This document shows, piece by piece, positions 48,750 through 61,380 of a stretch of DNA of 64,000 nucleotides. Every line of letters starts with the position of its first letter. Position 1 is the stretch's first letter. The DNA is from Scyliorhinus canicula (lineage: Eukaryota): positions 12,210,546 through 12,274,545 of the forward strand of contig NC_052158.1 of NCBI RefSeq assembly GCF_902713615.1, in the 5' to 3' direction. The position numbers and the translations under genes are program-made. The notes below the pieces were generated by a model that was not told the DNA's origin, made no database searches, and was given only the letters and a program-made list of their open reading frames with translations.

Positions 48750-49688
48750 GTAAGAAGACATTTTGTCGCATATTAAACCATGAGTGAATGCAATAAATTC
48801 AAGCACAAGAGGCAACAGAGATTGAGCATGACGTTTTCAAACCTGTATTTTTAACTTAATACAGGCAATTAAAGGACCACCGTGCAAAACACTCGGTAAG
48901 TAGAAGAGCATAGGAGACAGGGGAAGCAATGGAGGTGCAGTGGCCAAGTGTGGGCTATAGATCGCTACACACTAAAACAAGGAATCTGTAATGAAATATA
49001 AACGAACCTTTCTAGAACTGGGAAATAATTAACTTACTGACTCAAAGTAAGTATCTCTGCTACAATGAAAATATAAAGCCATGGAATAATGCAATAGTAT
49101 AGTACAGAAGGAGGCCATTCGGCCCATTTCTCAGTGCACAATCGTTAAAAGAACCATTCAATGAATTGACCTTCACTGCCTCAATCGCATAAAATGTTTC
49201 CCCGCCAATTTATTTAATTTTTAAAAATAAATTTAGAGTACCCAATTATTTTTTTCCAATTAAGGGGCAATTTAGCGTAGCCAATACACATAACCTCCAC
49301 CTCTTTGGGTTATGGGGGTAAGGTCCACGCAGATATGGGTTGAAGACCTTCCAAGTTCAGGATGGAATAGGGATTTCATTGTCAGAGGAGCGAATTATTT
49401 TTTCCAGGTGGGATCCTGGACGTGCAGGCAGACACAAAAGGTCCAAGGTGGCCTATTTCAAAATCTTTATTATAATATTTCTGTGAATCACCAAACGGAG
49501 GGAAACAGGTTTGAAACGGCCCTAAAATAGCTGTACACTCCCTATTTCTGGTCGAGTTACATCTGGCGCCAAATTTCCAGGCACATTTTACCGGGAGTCT
49601 GCCGGAAAATGAGAGTCCTCTGATGTACCTGAATGTTTGGCTCAATCAGTGGAGTTAATTGAACGGAGCTTACGCACTGCGTCCAGTT

Positions 49689-49950
49689 ACTGTCTGTGCG
49701 GAGTCTGCACGTCCTCCCCGTGTGTGTGGGTTTCCTCCGGGTGCTCCGGTTTCCTCCCACAGTCCAAAGATGTGCGGTTAGGTGGATTGGCCAGGCTAAA
49801 TTGCCCGTAGTGTCCTAAAAAGTAAGGTTGGGGGGAGGGGGGGGGGGGGGGTTGTTGGGTTACGGGTATAGGGTGGATACGTGGGTTTGAGTAGGGTGAT
49901 CATGGCTCGGCACAACATCGAGGGCCGAAGGGCCTGTTCTGTGCTGTACT
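49689..49950 (+). mobile_element. 5'-truncated HE1-like V-SINE
   Basis: Matches 22386-22736 from the V-domain to the tail. Confidence 0.85.
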
Positions 49951-51496
49951 CTTTTAAGTTCTAGTTACATCGATGTGGTGCAGTGAGAGTCTCCAATACT
50001 GTGAGCATAGACTTTGTTTAGGTGTGATTAGAATTCCTCTTAGGGCTCCAGAAGAACACAGTGGACACAGGCTAACGAAGTCCACCTTTCCCTCCCCTCC
50101 CCAAACACCGCCTCCTATCGGCAAGCACGAGTGCTGGACTTGTCCATGCGTGGCTGGCCTGGAGAGGCTCCGGTCATGCGCGAACATCCAAGCAATGTGT
50201 GAACAGCGTTTGTGGCAAGTTGTTGAGGCCAAATGCCGGAAATAGTTTATATTCCCGGCCAGTGGAAGCATAGGAACGGCTTTCAACGAGATCATGGTTG
50301 ATTGCCTACCTCTGCGCCATTTTCCAATACCTATATCCCATGATACCTTTAAGATCCAGAAATCAATCCCTCAAACAAACATCATCCATGACTGACACTC
50401 CAAAGCCCTCCAGAAGGGAGAATTTCAAAGATTCACCTCACCCTACCCCACCAACTCAGTATAGAAATTCATCCTCAACTAAATCCATTATTCTTGCAAG
50501 GAGGCACGTATTCCACCCATGCCCGTCCGTTCCACGCCTGCAGTTGAAATCTACAGCAAATTGCTATTTTGAGACAGCAAAAAGCTGTTCCCTTGAGCAA
50601 CAATCCAACCTCAACCGATGCATACAACACAGAGAGCTGGGCGAACCTCAATTTGTCCAACACGCAAATCGGGCAGCAAAATGTTTACATCCGTGACAGG
50701 CCACCGTCCGCAGTTTTTTTTTGCATTGGTAGCAATGTAACTGAATATCCCATTGGGTCTCCGAGCAGTCTGCAGATGTGATATTGGCCGCCCCCGGTCC
50801 AATAAAACTTTTGTCCCTTTCCTGGTTATTCACCCAGGAACAGTATATGTTTGGAAAGTGACACATTTGCCTGTAAAACAGCCCCGGCCGCATTTGCAGA
50901 AGAATTAGAACGGTTTGTGTTGTCACCGCGGATTGAAGGGAATACAAATGAAATTAAATGAAAATGAAATGAAAATGAAAATCGCTTATTGCCACCAGTA
51001 GGCTCCAATGAAGTTAATGTGAAAAGCCCCTAGTCGCCACATTCCGGCGCCTGTACGGGGAGGCTGGTACAGGAATCGAACCGTGCTGCTGGCCAGCGAT
51101 TTAGCCCAGTGAGCTAAAGCGGCCCCAATTGGTCCTTATGGAAAGCAGCCATAAGATTTAACATACGCTCAGAGTTATTTTGATACTTAACAATAGAATC
51201 ATAGAATCATCCCCGCGCAGAAAGAGGCCATTCAGCCGATCGGAGCAGCGCCCGACAAAAATAAGAAAATATATATTAGCCCTTCATTTTAACGCCACTT
51301 TCCTGGTCCGTGGTCCTGCCCGTTATAGCTCTTCAGATGCAGATCTAGGTACCTGTTAAATGGGCATAGTTTCAGCTTCAATCACCAATTTAGACAATGC
51401 ATTCTAGACCCCGGCGCCCCTCTGTGTGACAAAATAAATTCCTCACGTCCTCTCGAATCATTCTACCAATTATCTAAAACCTCCTGGTAATTGACA

Positions 51497-51697
51497 TGAT
51501 GTGGAGATGCCGGCGTTAGACTGGGGTGAGCACGGTAAGAAGTCTTACAACACCAGGTTAAAGCCCAACAAGTTTGTTTGGATCACTCGCTTTCGGAGCA
51601 CTGCTCCTCAGGCATTCACCTGAGGAAGGAGCAGTGCTCCGAAAGCTAGTGATTCGGAACAAACCTGTTGGACTTTAACCTGGTGTTGTAATTACTG
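51497..51697. mobile_element. Penelope-like terminal fragment with long inverted repeat
   Basis: Arms about 51545-51612 and 51619-51691; 12-bp flanking duplication TGGTAATTGACA (51485-51496 and 51698-51709). Confidence 0.8.
51616..51652 (+). ncRNA. minimal type I hammerhead ribozyme motif (Penelope-associated)
   Basis: TCAC-CTGAGGA-A-GGAGC-AGT-GCTCC-GAAA-GCTA-GTGA: stem I TCAC/GTGA, CUGANGA and GAAA boxes, stem II, palindromic AGCT stem III, CUA cleavage triplet. Confidence 0.7.
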
Positions 51698-52120
51698 TGG
51701 TAATTGACAGCGAGGGAAAACAGGCCTTTCCAGTCTACACTGTCGAGGCCTCTCAGAATTTTGTTCTGCATATTAGTCTGTTCCTTAGATTCCTCCACTC
51801 CAAGGAAAACAACCCTGACCTAGCCAAGGCCTTCTTTACGCTACCACTCGTGAATAATCTATTACACATCAAATTCAAATTATTTCCCTAAAGAAAAAGT
51901 AACCGTTATTTGAAAACATATAACTGCTCATTTACTTTGCTTCTGGGCATCAGGTAGTTGTGGAAGGTCAGAATGTTCCATTTAGAATGCGCTCCCCAGT
52001 CGCCCACTGTAGATTGAAGAAGGGAGCAAATAGAAGAACAAAAATACATTGTGCTTTGCACAATAAACCCAGTTCTCTGCTTAAATCGTTGACGAAATGT
52101 TTTCTTTCACCTTCGCTCAG

Positions 52121-52665
52121 CTCCCGCCGCCCTGACCATGGACCCGAGCACAGCCCATCCCCTGCTCGTCCTGTCCGAGGACCGAACCAGTGTGAAATTC
52201 GGAGAGAAATCGCGCTCCGCCCCGGATGCCACGGAACCTTCCGAACGCGAACTGAGTGTCCTGGGATCCGTAGGATTCACGTCGGGGCGACACTACTGGG
52301 AGGTTATCGTGGGAAGTAAAACATCGTGGGAAGTGGGCGTGGTCAAAGACACCTTCCGAAAAAGGGGCTCAAGGGCGGCACAAGATGGAGGATGCTGGAT
52401 ACTTGGCATGAAAAATGGAAACGAGTATTGGGCTTCTACAGCCAATCCCACACGTGTTGTCTTAAACGCGAAGCCCAAGAAAGTCGGGGTGTATCTGGAC
52501 TATGAGGGTGGACAGCTGTCGTTCTACAACGCGAACAACATGTCCACCCTCTTTACTTTCATTGACTCATTTAGTGGCAAAATGTACCCTTACTTCAGCC
52601 CTGGTTCCAACGAGGACCGGAAAAACACAGATCCTCTAATCATCATGCAACTGAAAACCCTTTAA
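52121..52665 (+). CDS. TRIM-C coding exon 6: PRY/SPRY (B30.2) domain
   Basis: ctcag|CT CCC GCC GCC CTG ACC ATG GAC CCG; MDPSTAHPLLVLSED, GFTSGRHYWEV, VGVYLDYEGGQLSFYN, MYPYFSP; TAA at 52663-52665. Confidence 0.97.
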
Positions 52666-53079
52666 CAGCCAATGTCGTTATTTTTACTTCATAAGACCGC
52701 ATTGTAGACGCTTTTTATTCTCAAGGTTTGTTTTGTGTGCGTGCAGCAATCTCAATTGTAAATTCGTTTCCAGTCAGTTTGGAAGGAATAGGCTCAGTGC
52801 CCATGTCTCCAGGCCACGTTCCAAATCACCCTCTGTGCGATCATGTCAATGGGTATTTCCAAACAGTCGCTCAGCGCTTCACAACAGAACTTGATCTTAA
52901 CCCATGCAAAACCCCATTCCCTTACACACAGAGCAAATCGGAATTTCCTCCTCTGTCTTCTGCTGACTATGACGTGTGTATTTGTATTGCTTTGCTCCAG
53001 TCTTCCCATTATTACATCGTCACTGATAGTTCATTCATGTCTTTCTCCACACTTTTCTATTGAGCAGTTTAGGCCGACA

Positions 53080-53460
53080 CTCTCTCGAGTTTAGAAGAAT
53101 GAGCGGAGACCTAATTGAGATGTATAAGATGATCAGATTTATTGATCAAGTAGACATGAAGCTGGTGTTTCCTCATGTGGAGCATTCCAGAACGAGAAGT
53201 CATAGTTTCAGGAGAAACACAAATGCTTCTCTGAAAGGGTCGTGAATCTGGGGTATCCACTGCTCCAGATGCCGGGGCTGAGTAAATCTAAGGAGGAGAT
53301 GGACAGATGTTTCATTAGTAATGGGTTGAAGAGTTATCGAGAACGGGCAGTAAAGTGGATTTCAGGCCGAGATGAGATCAGCTATCTTCTTATTGAATGG
53401 TGAGCGGGCTCGAGAATTGCCTATATTCCTGCTCGTAGTTCTTACATTGTATGTTCTTGT
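53080..53460 (+). mobile_element. CR1 LINE 3' fragment
   Basis: SLEFRRMSGDLIEMYKMI..RTRSHSF. Confidence 0.78.
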
Positions 53461-53769
53461 TTAATCCTAGAATCTCTCCGGGTCTCCCGCTTTGAGCATC
53501 TTCATTTCCCTTTCAATCCTTCTCTCGTGCGTTAATGCCTTCTTTAGTTATCTTTGGCGATGGCGTGAGACAGATTATTTAGGGAGACATAGTAACTGCG
53601 GGAGCATGCACATTTGCATCTATGTATAGCGATAGTAGAAGCTCCATGAAACTAGGAATCTCTCACCCGCTCTTACCGCCTGCCATTGGAGTGTGCGAGC
53701 GGGATCAGCAGGGTCATGTTCAAACTGCTTAGCCACGTTATCAAAGCACTCTCCTGGGGAACTGGAAGC

Positions 53770-54696
53770 CAGAGCTGCTTAGTAAGTTCGCACAGGATGC
53801 AAAAATTGTGGACTTGGGAATAGTGAAGAGGATTGTCAGAGGATGCAGCAGGATGTAAACAGGTTGGACTCTTGGGCGGAGAAATGGCAGATGGAGTTTA
53901 ACCCGGACAAGTGTGATGTAATGGCCTTGGAAGGTCCAATGCATGTAGGATTTACACAATAATTGGTAGAACTCTTGCAAATACTGGCAGGCAGAGAGAT
54001 CTGGGTTTGCACATCCACTGATCACTGAAAGTGTGAACGCAGGTGGATAAGGTGGTCAAGAAGGCATACAGCATGCTGGTCTTCATGGTCGGGACATTGA
54101 ATATAAAATGTGACAAGTCATGCTGCAGCTGTACTTAACCTTAGTTAGGCCTCATTTGGAATATTGTGCATACTTCTGGTCGCCACACTACCAGAAGAAT
54201 GTGGATGCTTTGGAGAGGGTACAGAAGCCGTTTACTAGGATGTTGCCTGGTTTGGAGGGCATTAGCTATGAGGAACAGTTAGACGAACTCGATCTGTTCT
54301 CCCTGGAATAATAGAGGTTGAGAGGTGACCTGATAGATGTCTGCAAGATTCTGTGTGGCATAGACAGAATGGATAGCCAGATGCTCTTTCCTAGAGTAGG
54401 AGAGTCAAGTGCTAGGGGACATAGGTTTAAAGTGCGCGGGGGAAAGTTTAGAATTGATGTGGGATACAGGTCTTTTACATAGAGGGTGGTAAATATATGG
54501 AACACTGCCTGGGGTTGTGGTGGGAGCGGGTACGATAGCAGAATTTAAGAGGCATCTCGACAAATATACCAATTGGGTGGAAATGGAAGGATACCGGCTG
54601 CGTAAGAGCAAGCGGTTTTACTTTAGGCAGGTACCATGGTCAGCGCAGGTTTGGAGGGCCGAAGGGCCTGTTCCTGAGCTGTATTGTTCTTTGTTC
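53770..54696 (+). mobile_element. CR1 LINE 3' fragment
   Basis: LYLTLVRPHLEYCAYFWSPHYQKNVDALERVQ; GGGCCGAAGGGCCTGTTCCTGAGCTGTATTGTTCTTTGTTC tail. Confidence 0.9.
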
Positions 54697-57215
54697 AGGC
54701 TCAGAGACTGAGAGGCCACTCCTCTGAGCCATGAGGCCCCATTCACCTGCCTACACGTTCTCCCAAATGTGTCCTTTCCCTCCAGTGAGACTTCTCTTTC
54801 CATGAGCGATTTCACTCAAACTCTACAGCCCAATAGGGCAATTTCCGGTGACAGCTGGAAAACTGTGGAGAGCGCGGCTGGCGTTTCAGCTGCTACGCTT
54901 CTGGTACATCTCATCTTTCAGCAATAAAAAGCACCGAGCCTGCCTCCCGATTTTTGGTTTTATTGGGTTTGTTTTATTTTACCGAATGCCGGGACTTGCT
55001 GACGTTAAAACCAAATCTCCGACATTACACAGTCAGATGTTCGCAATATGGAAAAACTTGACATTCTTCCTTCCAAGATTTTAAAGGTGGTGCTCAAGAG
55101 TTTCCATGTGCACAGGCCAATAGCAGTGACACTAATTTCGGAATTCTAGCGATTGACATCCTGGGCCGATAATGTAGGCGCACAGCATCATTGCCAATGG
55201 CCAAGACGTGCTTCAAGTTACCGTTGAGTTGTTGCACGGATAGATTTATCGGACTTTATCTGGTAGCTGTGTTCATAAAGCATTGATAAAGATTGAAAAA
55301 TTGATTATCTCCATATTTCCACCCGAAAAGACCAAATATGTCATTTTGAAGTAGAAAGGATGACCTTCAATCTGTGCCAAGTGGTACTCGGGGGAAATAT
55401 CCAATTGGAAAGATGTCTAAGATCTGACTGGGAGTGGTTGTGGCGATGGAAGAGATCAGAAGCATTGTCAAAAGTGTCTGGTTGAACATTTAACTGGAAC
55501 GTCATTTCCGGCATATATAGATGAGATAATGGTGGCGGTGGGAAGGACAATTTCGACCCTCACTTGCCCAACGTGGAAGTATCGCGCTGGATTGCAACAC
55601 TGCTTTCACCCCCCCCCCCCCCTCCCCAATCAAAATCAACTCGCTCTTGAAGCCTTTATAAGTGTGTGGTGGTTGGGGGGGGGGGGGGGGGGGCGGTCAG
55701 ATGGCCTTTTGTCAAAGTGCTGCCCGCATCAATAAATCACTTTTACCACGAACAAAATTATTCAGGCATTTCAATCCGGCGAACTATCAGTTGGCTCGAA
55801 AACCCAAATGGATAAGAGAATGCTTTACCGCGCAAGTCAGCCGAGAAACCAAACCGAGTGACACATGTACAATGCACTTATTGTGGCCTTTACCTCCTTG
55901 GACTTTTCTCAAGGGGATACATGTTTGTAGATAATGCGGATACACACAATATCCAGAAACCCCATAATGCAGAGCAAGCGTTCTGATTAAGAGAGTGATC
56001 TATCTGAATTTCTCTGATAGCATTACTGAATGATGTTATTTCAAAAAAAGGTCGATTTATCGTTTAGTTTTATCGTACCATTAGCTGCTTGTGATTGTAT
56101 TGACAACAATAAAAAATATCTTATATCACATTATTCAATATAGCTTATGAATGTTTCTGGTGTTTTTTTCCTAATTGGTCGTATAAATGTTTTTTTAAAC
56201 TTTAGATTGAGATACTGAAAATGATGCGCTATTTTCATAAATTAATCTAGGAAATCGACTTGCTTTATCAGCCTGTCACCGAAAGGAATGACATTAAGAT
56301 CTCCGTCAAAATTAAAAGGAGGTTAGAAGAACCCTTGTCTTCATTCATCGGCTTAGTTGTCACTGGTGGGGCTAGCATCTATCGCCCAACCCCGAAGTTG
56401 GTGGTGAGCCCCTTCTTGATCCACTGCAGTCAATGTGGTGTCGGTCCACCCACAGGGTTGATCGAGACGAATTCCCATGATTTTGAGCTTCTGATAGCGA
56501 AATAAAACATAATGTTTCATTTTTGCAGGCTTCGCCGCGGCTTTAATACAACCGAGTGGTTTGCTAGGTTATGTCCACGGGCAGTTAAGAGCCAACCACA
56601 TTGCTGTGTGGGTCTGGTGCCACGTGTTAGGCAAGAGTTTCTATTTTTCTACGGCAATTGATGACTAGTTCTTAAGAATGTTTTTTACTTGCCAGTTTTA
56701 TTAATAGAATTTAAATTTAATTTGTTGCTGTGGGATTTAAACCATCATCCCCGTAGCTGTAGCGGGGGATCGGGGTGGGAGGAGGGGGTGGGGAGGTGGA
56801 GGGGTGGGGTGGGGGCTCTGAATTACTAGTTAGGTGTCATTACCATTGCCAACGTCTGCCCCATCTATATAAATAGGGGTGGAGGCAGAATGCATCTGTT
56901 TAAATTGAAGGGTTGACAGGGAGGAAGTTTGCAGATTTCAGCTGGACAAAGTGAATAAAATCAAATCAGATTGTCAGCAATGTCGACATTGCTAAAGTAA
57001 CTACTTTCTAATCTGTATAGCTCTGTGCTTTCGCATGAGTAGCACAATCCAGTACCTATATGTTAAATGTATTTCCTTTCTAAAATAACAAATTCCTTTC
57101 CATACATATCGGGATTTATGCGTCGTGTACTTTATTCCGAGATGGCAGTGGTTCAAGAAGGCAACTCACCACCACATTCTGAAGGGCAACTGGGGGTGGG
57201 CAATAAATGTTTTCA

Positions 57216-57562
57216 GGGCAGCAGGGTAGCATGGTGGTCAGCATAAATGCTTCACAGCTCCAGGGTCCCAGGTTCGATTCCCGGCTGGGTCACTGTCTGT
57301 GTGGAGTCTGCACGTCCTCCCCGTGTGTGCGTGGGTTTCCTCCGGGTGCTCCGGTTTCCTCCCACAGTCCAAAGATGTGCGGTGTTAGGTGGATTGGCCA
57401 TGCTAAATTGCCCGTAGTGTCCTAATCAAAGTAAGGTTAAGGGGGATGTTGTTGGGTTACGGGTATAGGGTGGATACGTGGGTTTGAGTAGGGTGATCAT
57501 GGCTCGGCACAACATTGAGGGCCGAAGGGCCTGTTCTGTGCTGTACTGTTCTATGTTCTATG
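57216..57562 (+). mobile_element. full-length HE1-like V-SINE
   Basis: Near-identical to 22386-22736, (TGTTCTA)n tail. Confidence 0.88.
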
Positions 57563-58439
57563 TCCTAACTCACATCCCCTATTGTTTTTAAACACAGTGG
57601 TGAATTGGCTGTTAGCGACGTATCTTAGCTGTGTCCGACAGTCCAGGTTGACTTACATTCACTTTGCGTCGAATGGGACATTTTTGTGAGCGAAAGATTT
57701 CTCTATCTCGCTGAGCAGGAAACTTTTCATTCCTTACAATCTTAGCGCGGACAAGAGCAGCATTAAAGACGTTGTTTCGCGCCTCACCAACTCTCCTCCT
57801 AGTTGACGGCAGAAGGTGGTCAAGTTGAGTCGCATGAAATTGCTTTTATGAGGTTGTTGAGCGCTCATGGTGATACGCTTCCTGCGGCCATGGTAATATC
57901 ATTGCCCTCCGCCCCACGTCCGCTCCAGCAAACCGGTCACTACCAGTTCTTATTTCTAACCGGAATTAACATGGGTGTGCGCGGTGCTGAGGTTGTTGAA
58001 GGGGGAGGATATGCAACAGCAGATGATGTACAATTTTCAAAATGGGTGCAGCTTGGAATGGTTAACTATTTAGAGCGTGCAGCAGGACACATGGGTATTG
58101 AGGGTCGTGGGTACAGCAAATGAGGCGAATATCGTACCACCTCAAACAGTTACTGGAACATCTTTTCAAGGTTGATAGTCATGGAAATTCATGTGTTCAC
58201 GGAGAAACAGAGTTCTTCCTTCGGTCCTTGAAATAATCAATGCCCACTGTATTTCGTAGTGGCTCAAGCTACTGCATGGCATTTGACAAGAAGGAATAAT
58301 TCCAGACGATTTCTACAACAGATTATTAAATGTGTAATAAATTCAGGTTTTTATGATGTCTGCAATTTGCAACAACCATCGACGCAAAAAGCCACTCTGG
58401 AGATATATTTCCCCCCTTAAGTGCAGGGTGAATTTAATG

Positions 58440-58970
58440 TCACAGTGCTTCACCGGATAGTGTTCCAGACCCTGAGTTAGAAGTTCCTAGATTCAGGTCC
58501 CAGTCCAGAAAGTTGAGCATATTTTCTAAACGGACACATCTAGTGCAATACACAGCTAGACCCTCGCTGCCAATGATGCTATATTTCGGCTCGGAGTGAA
58601 ATCGACACCCCGGTTGTGTACTCAGGGAGGTATAGGGCGAAGATTCCCATGGCAGAAGACTAGCAGCGGGATGGACAGAAAGAGGAGGGGTCTCCCCAGC
58701 GTCCCAGGAAACATGTGCCAGGAGCCCCAGTTCGATTCCAACCCCAGGTAACTATCTGTGTGTAGTTTGCACATTCTTCCCATGTCTACCTGGGTTTCCT
58801 CCGGGGGACCGGTTTCCTACCACAGTCCAACTATGTGCAGGTTAGGTGGATCGTCCATGCTAAATTACCCCTTAGGGTAGGGTTTCAGGAATGGGACTAG
58901 GGTGATCTTTCAAAGCGTCAGTGCAGACTCAATGGGCCGCCTGGCCTCCTTCTGCACTGTAGGGTTTTTA
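58440..58970 (+). mobile_element. degenerate DeuSINE-like copy followed by a V-SINE
   Basis: TTGAGCA..CTAGTGCAATAC..GATTCCCATGGCA..CTCCCCAGCGTCC resembles the Deu domain; V-domain from about 58725. Confidence 0.5.
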
Positions 58971-59179
58971 TATTGTGTCTTCTACCTAGACTTGGTTAAT
59001 CCAAGGCAACACTGGCTCATCTCCCACATTCCCCTTCTGCAAGCACGGTGTCATCCAAAGTTCTCCCATCCATGACTTAATTCGCAGAAAATACCATCGC
59101 ACCAGCAAAATATGGCACCTAGTCACAGAATGTGACATCATGTTAGATGACCAAAGGTTTGGCCAGAAAGTACCATTCT

Positions 59180-59610
59180 GCTATTGCCCCTGATCTCGCT
59201 GCTTCCCGCTCAAACAACATTAAATTTGAATATTTTCACAGTTGCTTCCCTGTTTATGCCATCTCCTCCAGCACAATCCTCCGAGGTTTCTGCACTCTTC
59301 TAATTCTGGCCTCTTATGGATTCTGAGTGATAATTGCTGCACCACTGTGGCCCTGATTTCAGTTACCCGGATTGCAAACTTTGAAATTCTCTCTCTACAC
59401 CTCTCCGGCTCTTTACTTTGTTTAAGACCCTTCTTAAAATGTACTTATTTGACCAATCGTTTGGTTACCTGACCTCGTATCTTCTTATGTAGTTTGCTTT
59501 CATGCTTTGTTTTGTACCCTTTTGGAGTTTTCTTTTCTAATGTTCCAATGAACCGCCTTTGGATGTATCGTTGTGTTAAAGGCACTATAAACAACATGAA
59601 TGCCTGTTGT
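59180..59610 (+). mobile_element. L2-like LINE 3' end (degenerate)
   Basis: CTGCACTCTTCTAATTCTGGCCTC..TTTAAGACCCTTCTTAAAA..GTTAAAGGCACTATAAA..TGTTGTTG; similar ends at about 12340-12665 and 62330-62760. Confidence 0.55.
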
Positions 59611-61059
59611 TGCTGTTTACTATGCCTCTGCACCATTGGCTTCAGGCCCCAGACCAAACTTTAGCATTTGGATAGTGTGAATAGAGAGCAGGCTAATTCT
59701 CCGGATGCCATGGTCAATGATTTCCACCTAACTAACATCACGAAAGCTGATTTTATGTTAATTTCCACATTGGTGTTTATGGCTGCTTGCTACCTTGCTC
59801 TCTACATTATAACAGCGACTGCAAAATATACTGATTGAACTGCAATGAGCCATTAATGCCACCAAGGTGCCACAACAATGCAAATCTTTAATTTTCCATT
59901 TTAATGAAAGTCTATTGAAATCAGTTATTATCAGAAACCTCCAAGTTTGCGATTTTAGGCAATTTAATGTCCATGTAAGGTGGTTTTCCAGAAGCAGCAC
60001 TCCCTAATTACTTTGTTGGGCCTCTTTCAAAAGCCAACTCTCAGGGTCGTTTTGCATGATAGAGTAATTAGATTTTAGTTGGCATGAGAGAACAAATCTA
60101 AGAGAGCAACTAATAAAACTAACTGACGTGTAATCTTTAATTTTACGTTTGACAGAAATACAAAATGAAGTTTTTAGATATGAACTTGGGAAAAGTAATA
60201 ACAGCATGAACTTTACCACAATTCACTGGAGCACAGTTTTAGATGCATACAGGAAAATAATTATATAAAAACATGTTGGCTGCATCGACCTAAGAGTAAA
60301 CAATGTTAGTGGAGAAAGAGCAGCGAGAATCAAAAAAGCCAGAGGAAACCATTTGCTTTATATCTGAAATAGTTGGAAAACTGATAGTGTCCGCTGTTCT
60401 GTGACATTTCCCTTCCTCTCCTTCAAAAGTACTTCATGTTCGATCGTCGCAAATGGTGCTCATAGATGAATCAACTGAATTTACTTTCCGTGCAGCTGAT
60501 ACATTGTACTAAAGTTACAAGGCCATCTCACTACTCTCAACAAACAACGTGTTCCCTTTCCAGAAAACAAAACACAAACCTCAGCATATTTTTTTTGGAA
60601 GAACATTTTGACCGTCGGTAAGTGCTGGTTTGCACATGTATTTATTATCTTCACACTGGCTTTACAACTTTGTTGCGATGCCCTTGAAATGAAGCGTTCC
60701 AGAGAGCTGTATTATCACTGAACCTTGAGGTTCATAACATTATTCTGATTAACAGGCAACAACGAGAGGACAGGACATCTGTTAATTTGGATCGCAACTC
60801 GTTGATTCCGCACAGGAACATCCTATGTTCTTCTATTTGTGCAGAACATTTTATTTTTTGGAATTTTCCCCTTCAAGCGCGTTTTCTTTTTATTTAAATC
60901 CGTTGTCAGCTGTGGTCACTCAGTAATTTAACAAAAAAGTATCTATGGTTAATTAACAGTTTGTTCCAGCTCTCTGACATCTCTGCACGCCTCAGCCTTG
61001 GCCTCCAACACATCTCAAATTGACATTGGCCTACCATTGAGGCTTTGTCCTCAGCCGCC

Positions 61060-61380
61060 TTCATGGAATCATGGAAGCAGAGAAAAGTTACAGCACAGAA
61101 GGAAAACATTCGGCCCATCTTGTCCATGCTAGCCCGGTGCCCTTTCTAATCCCACCTTCCTACACCCGGCCCATATCCTTGTAGCTTCGAGCACTTAAGG
61201 TGCAGATCCAAGAGCATTTAAAAAAAGTTGAGGGTCTCTGCCTTCACCACCGACTTGGCCAGTGAATTACCCTCTGCGTAAAAACATTCTTTCTCATGTC
61301 CCCTCTACACCTCTGTCACTAATCTTGAATCTATGCCTCCTGATTCTACAATTCCCCACCAAAGGAAACAATTGTTTCCT
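61060..61380 (-). mobile_element. CR1 LINE 3' UTR fragment
   Basis: CAGCACAGAAGG..CATTCGGCCCATC and CCCTCTGCGTAAAAA motifs. Confidence 0.65.
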
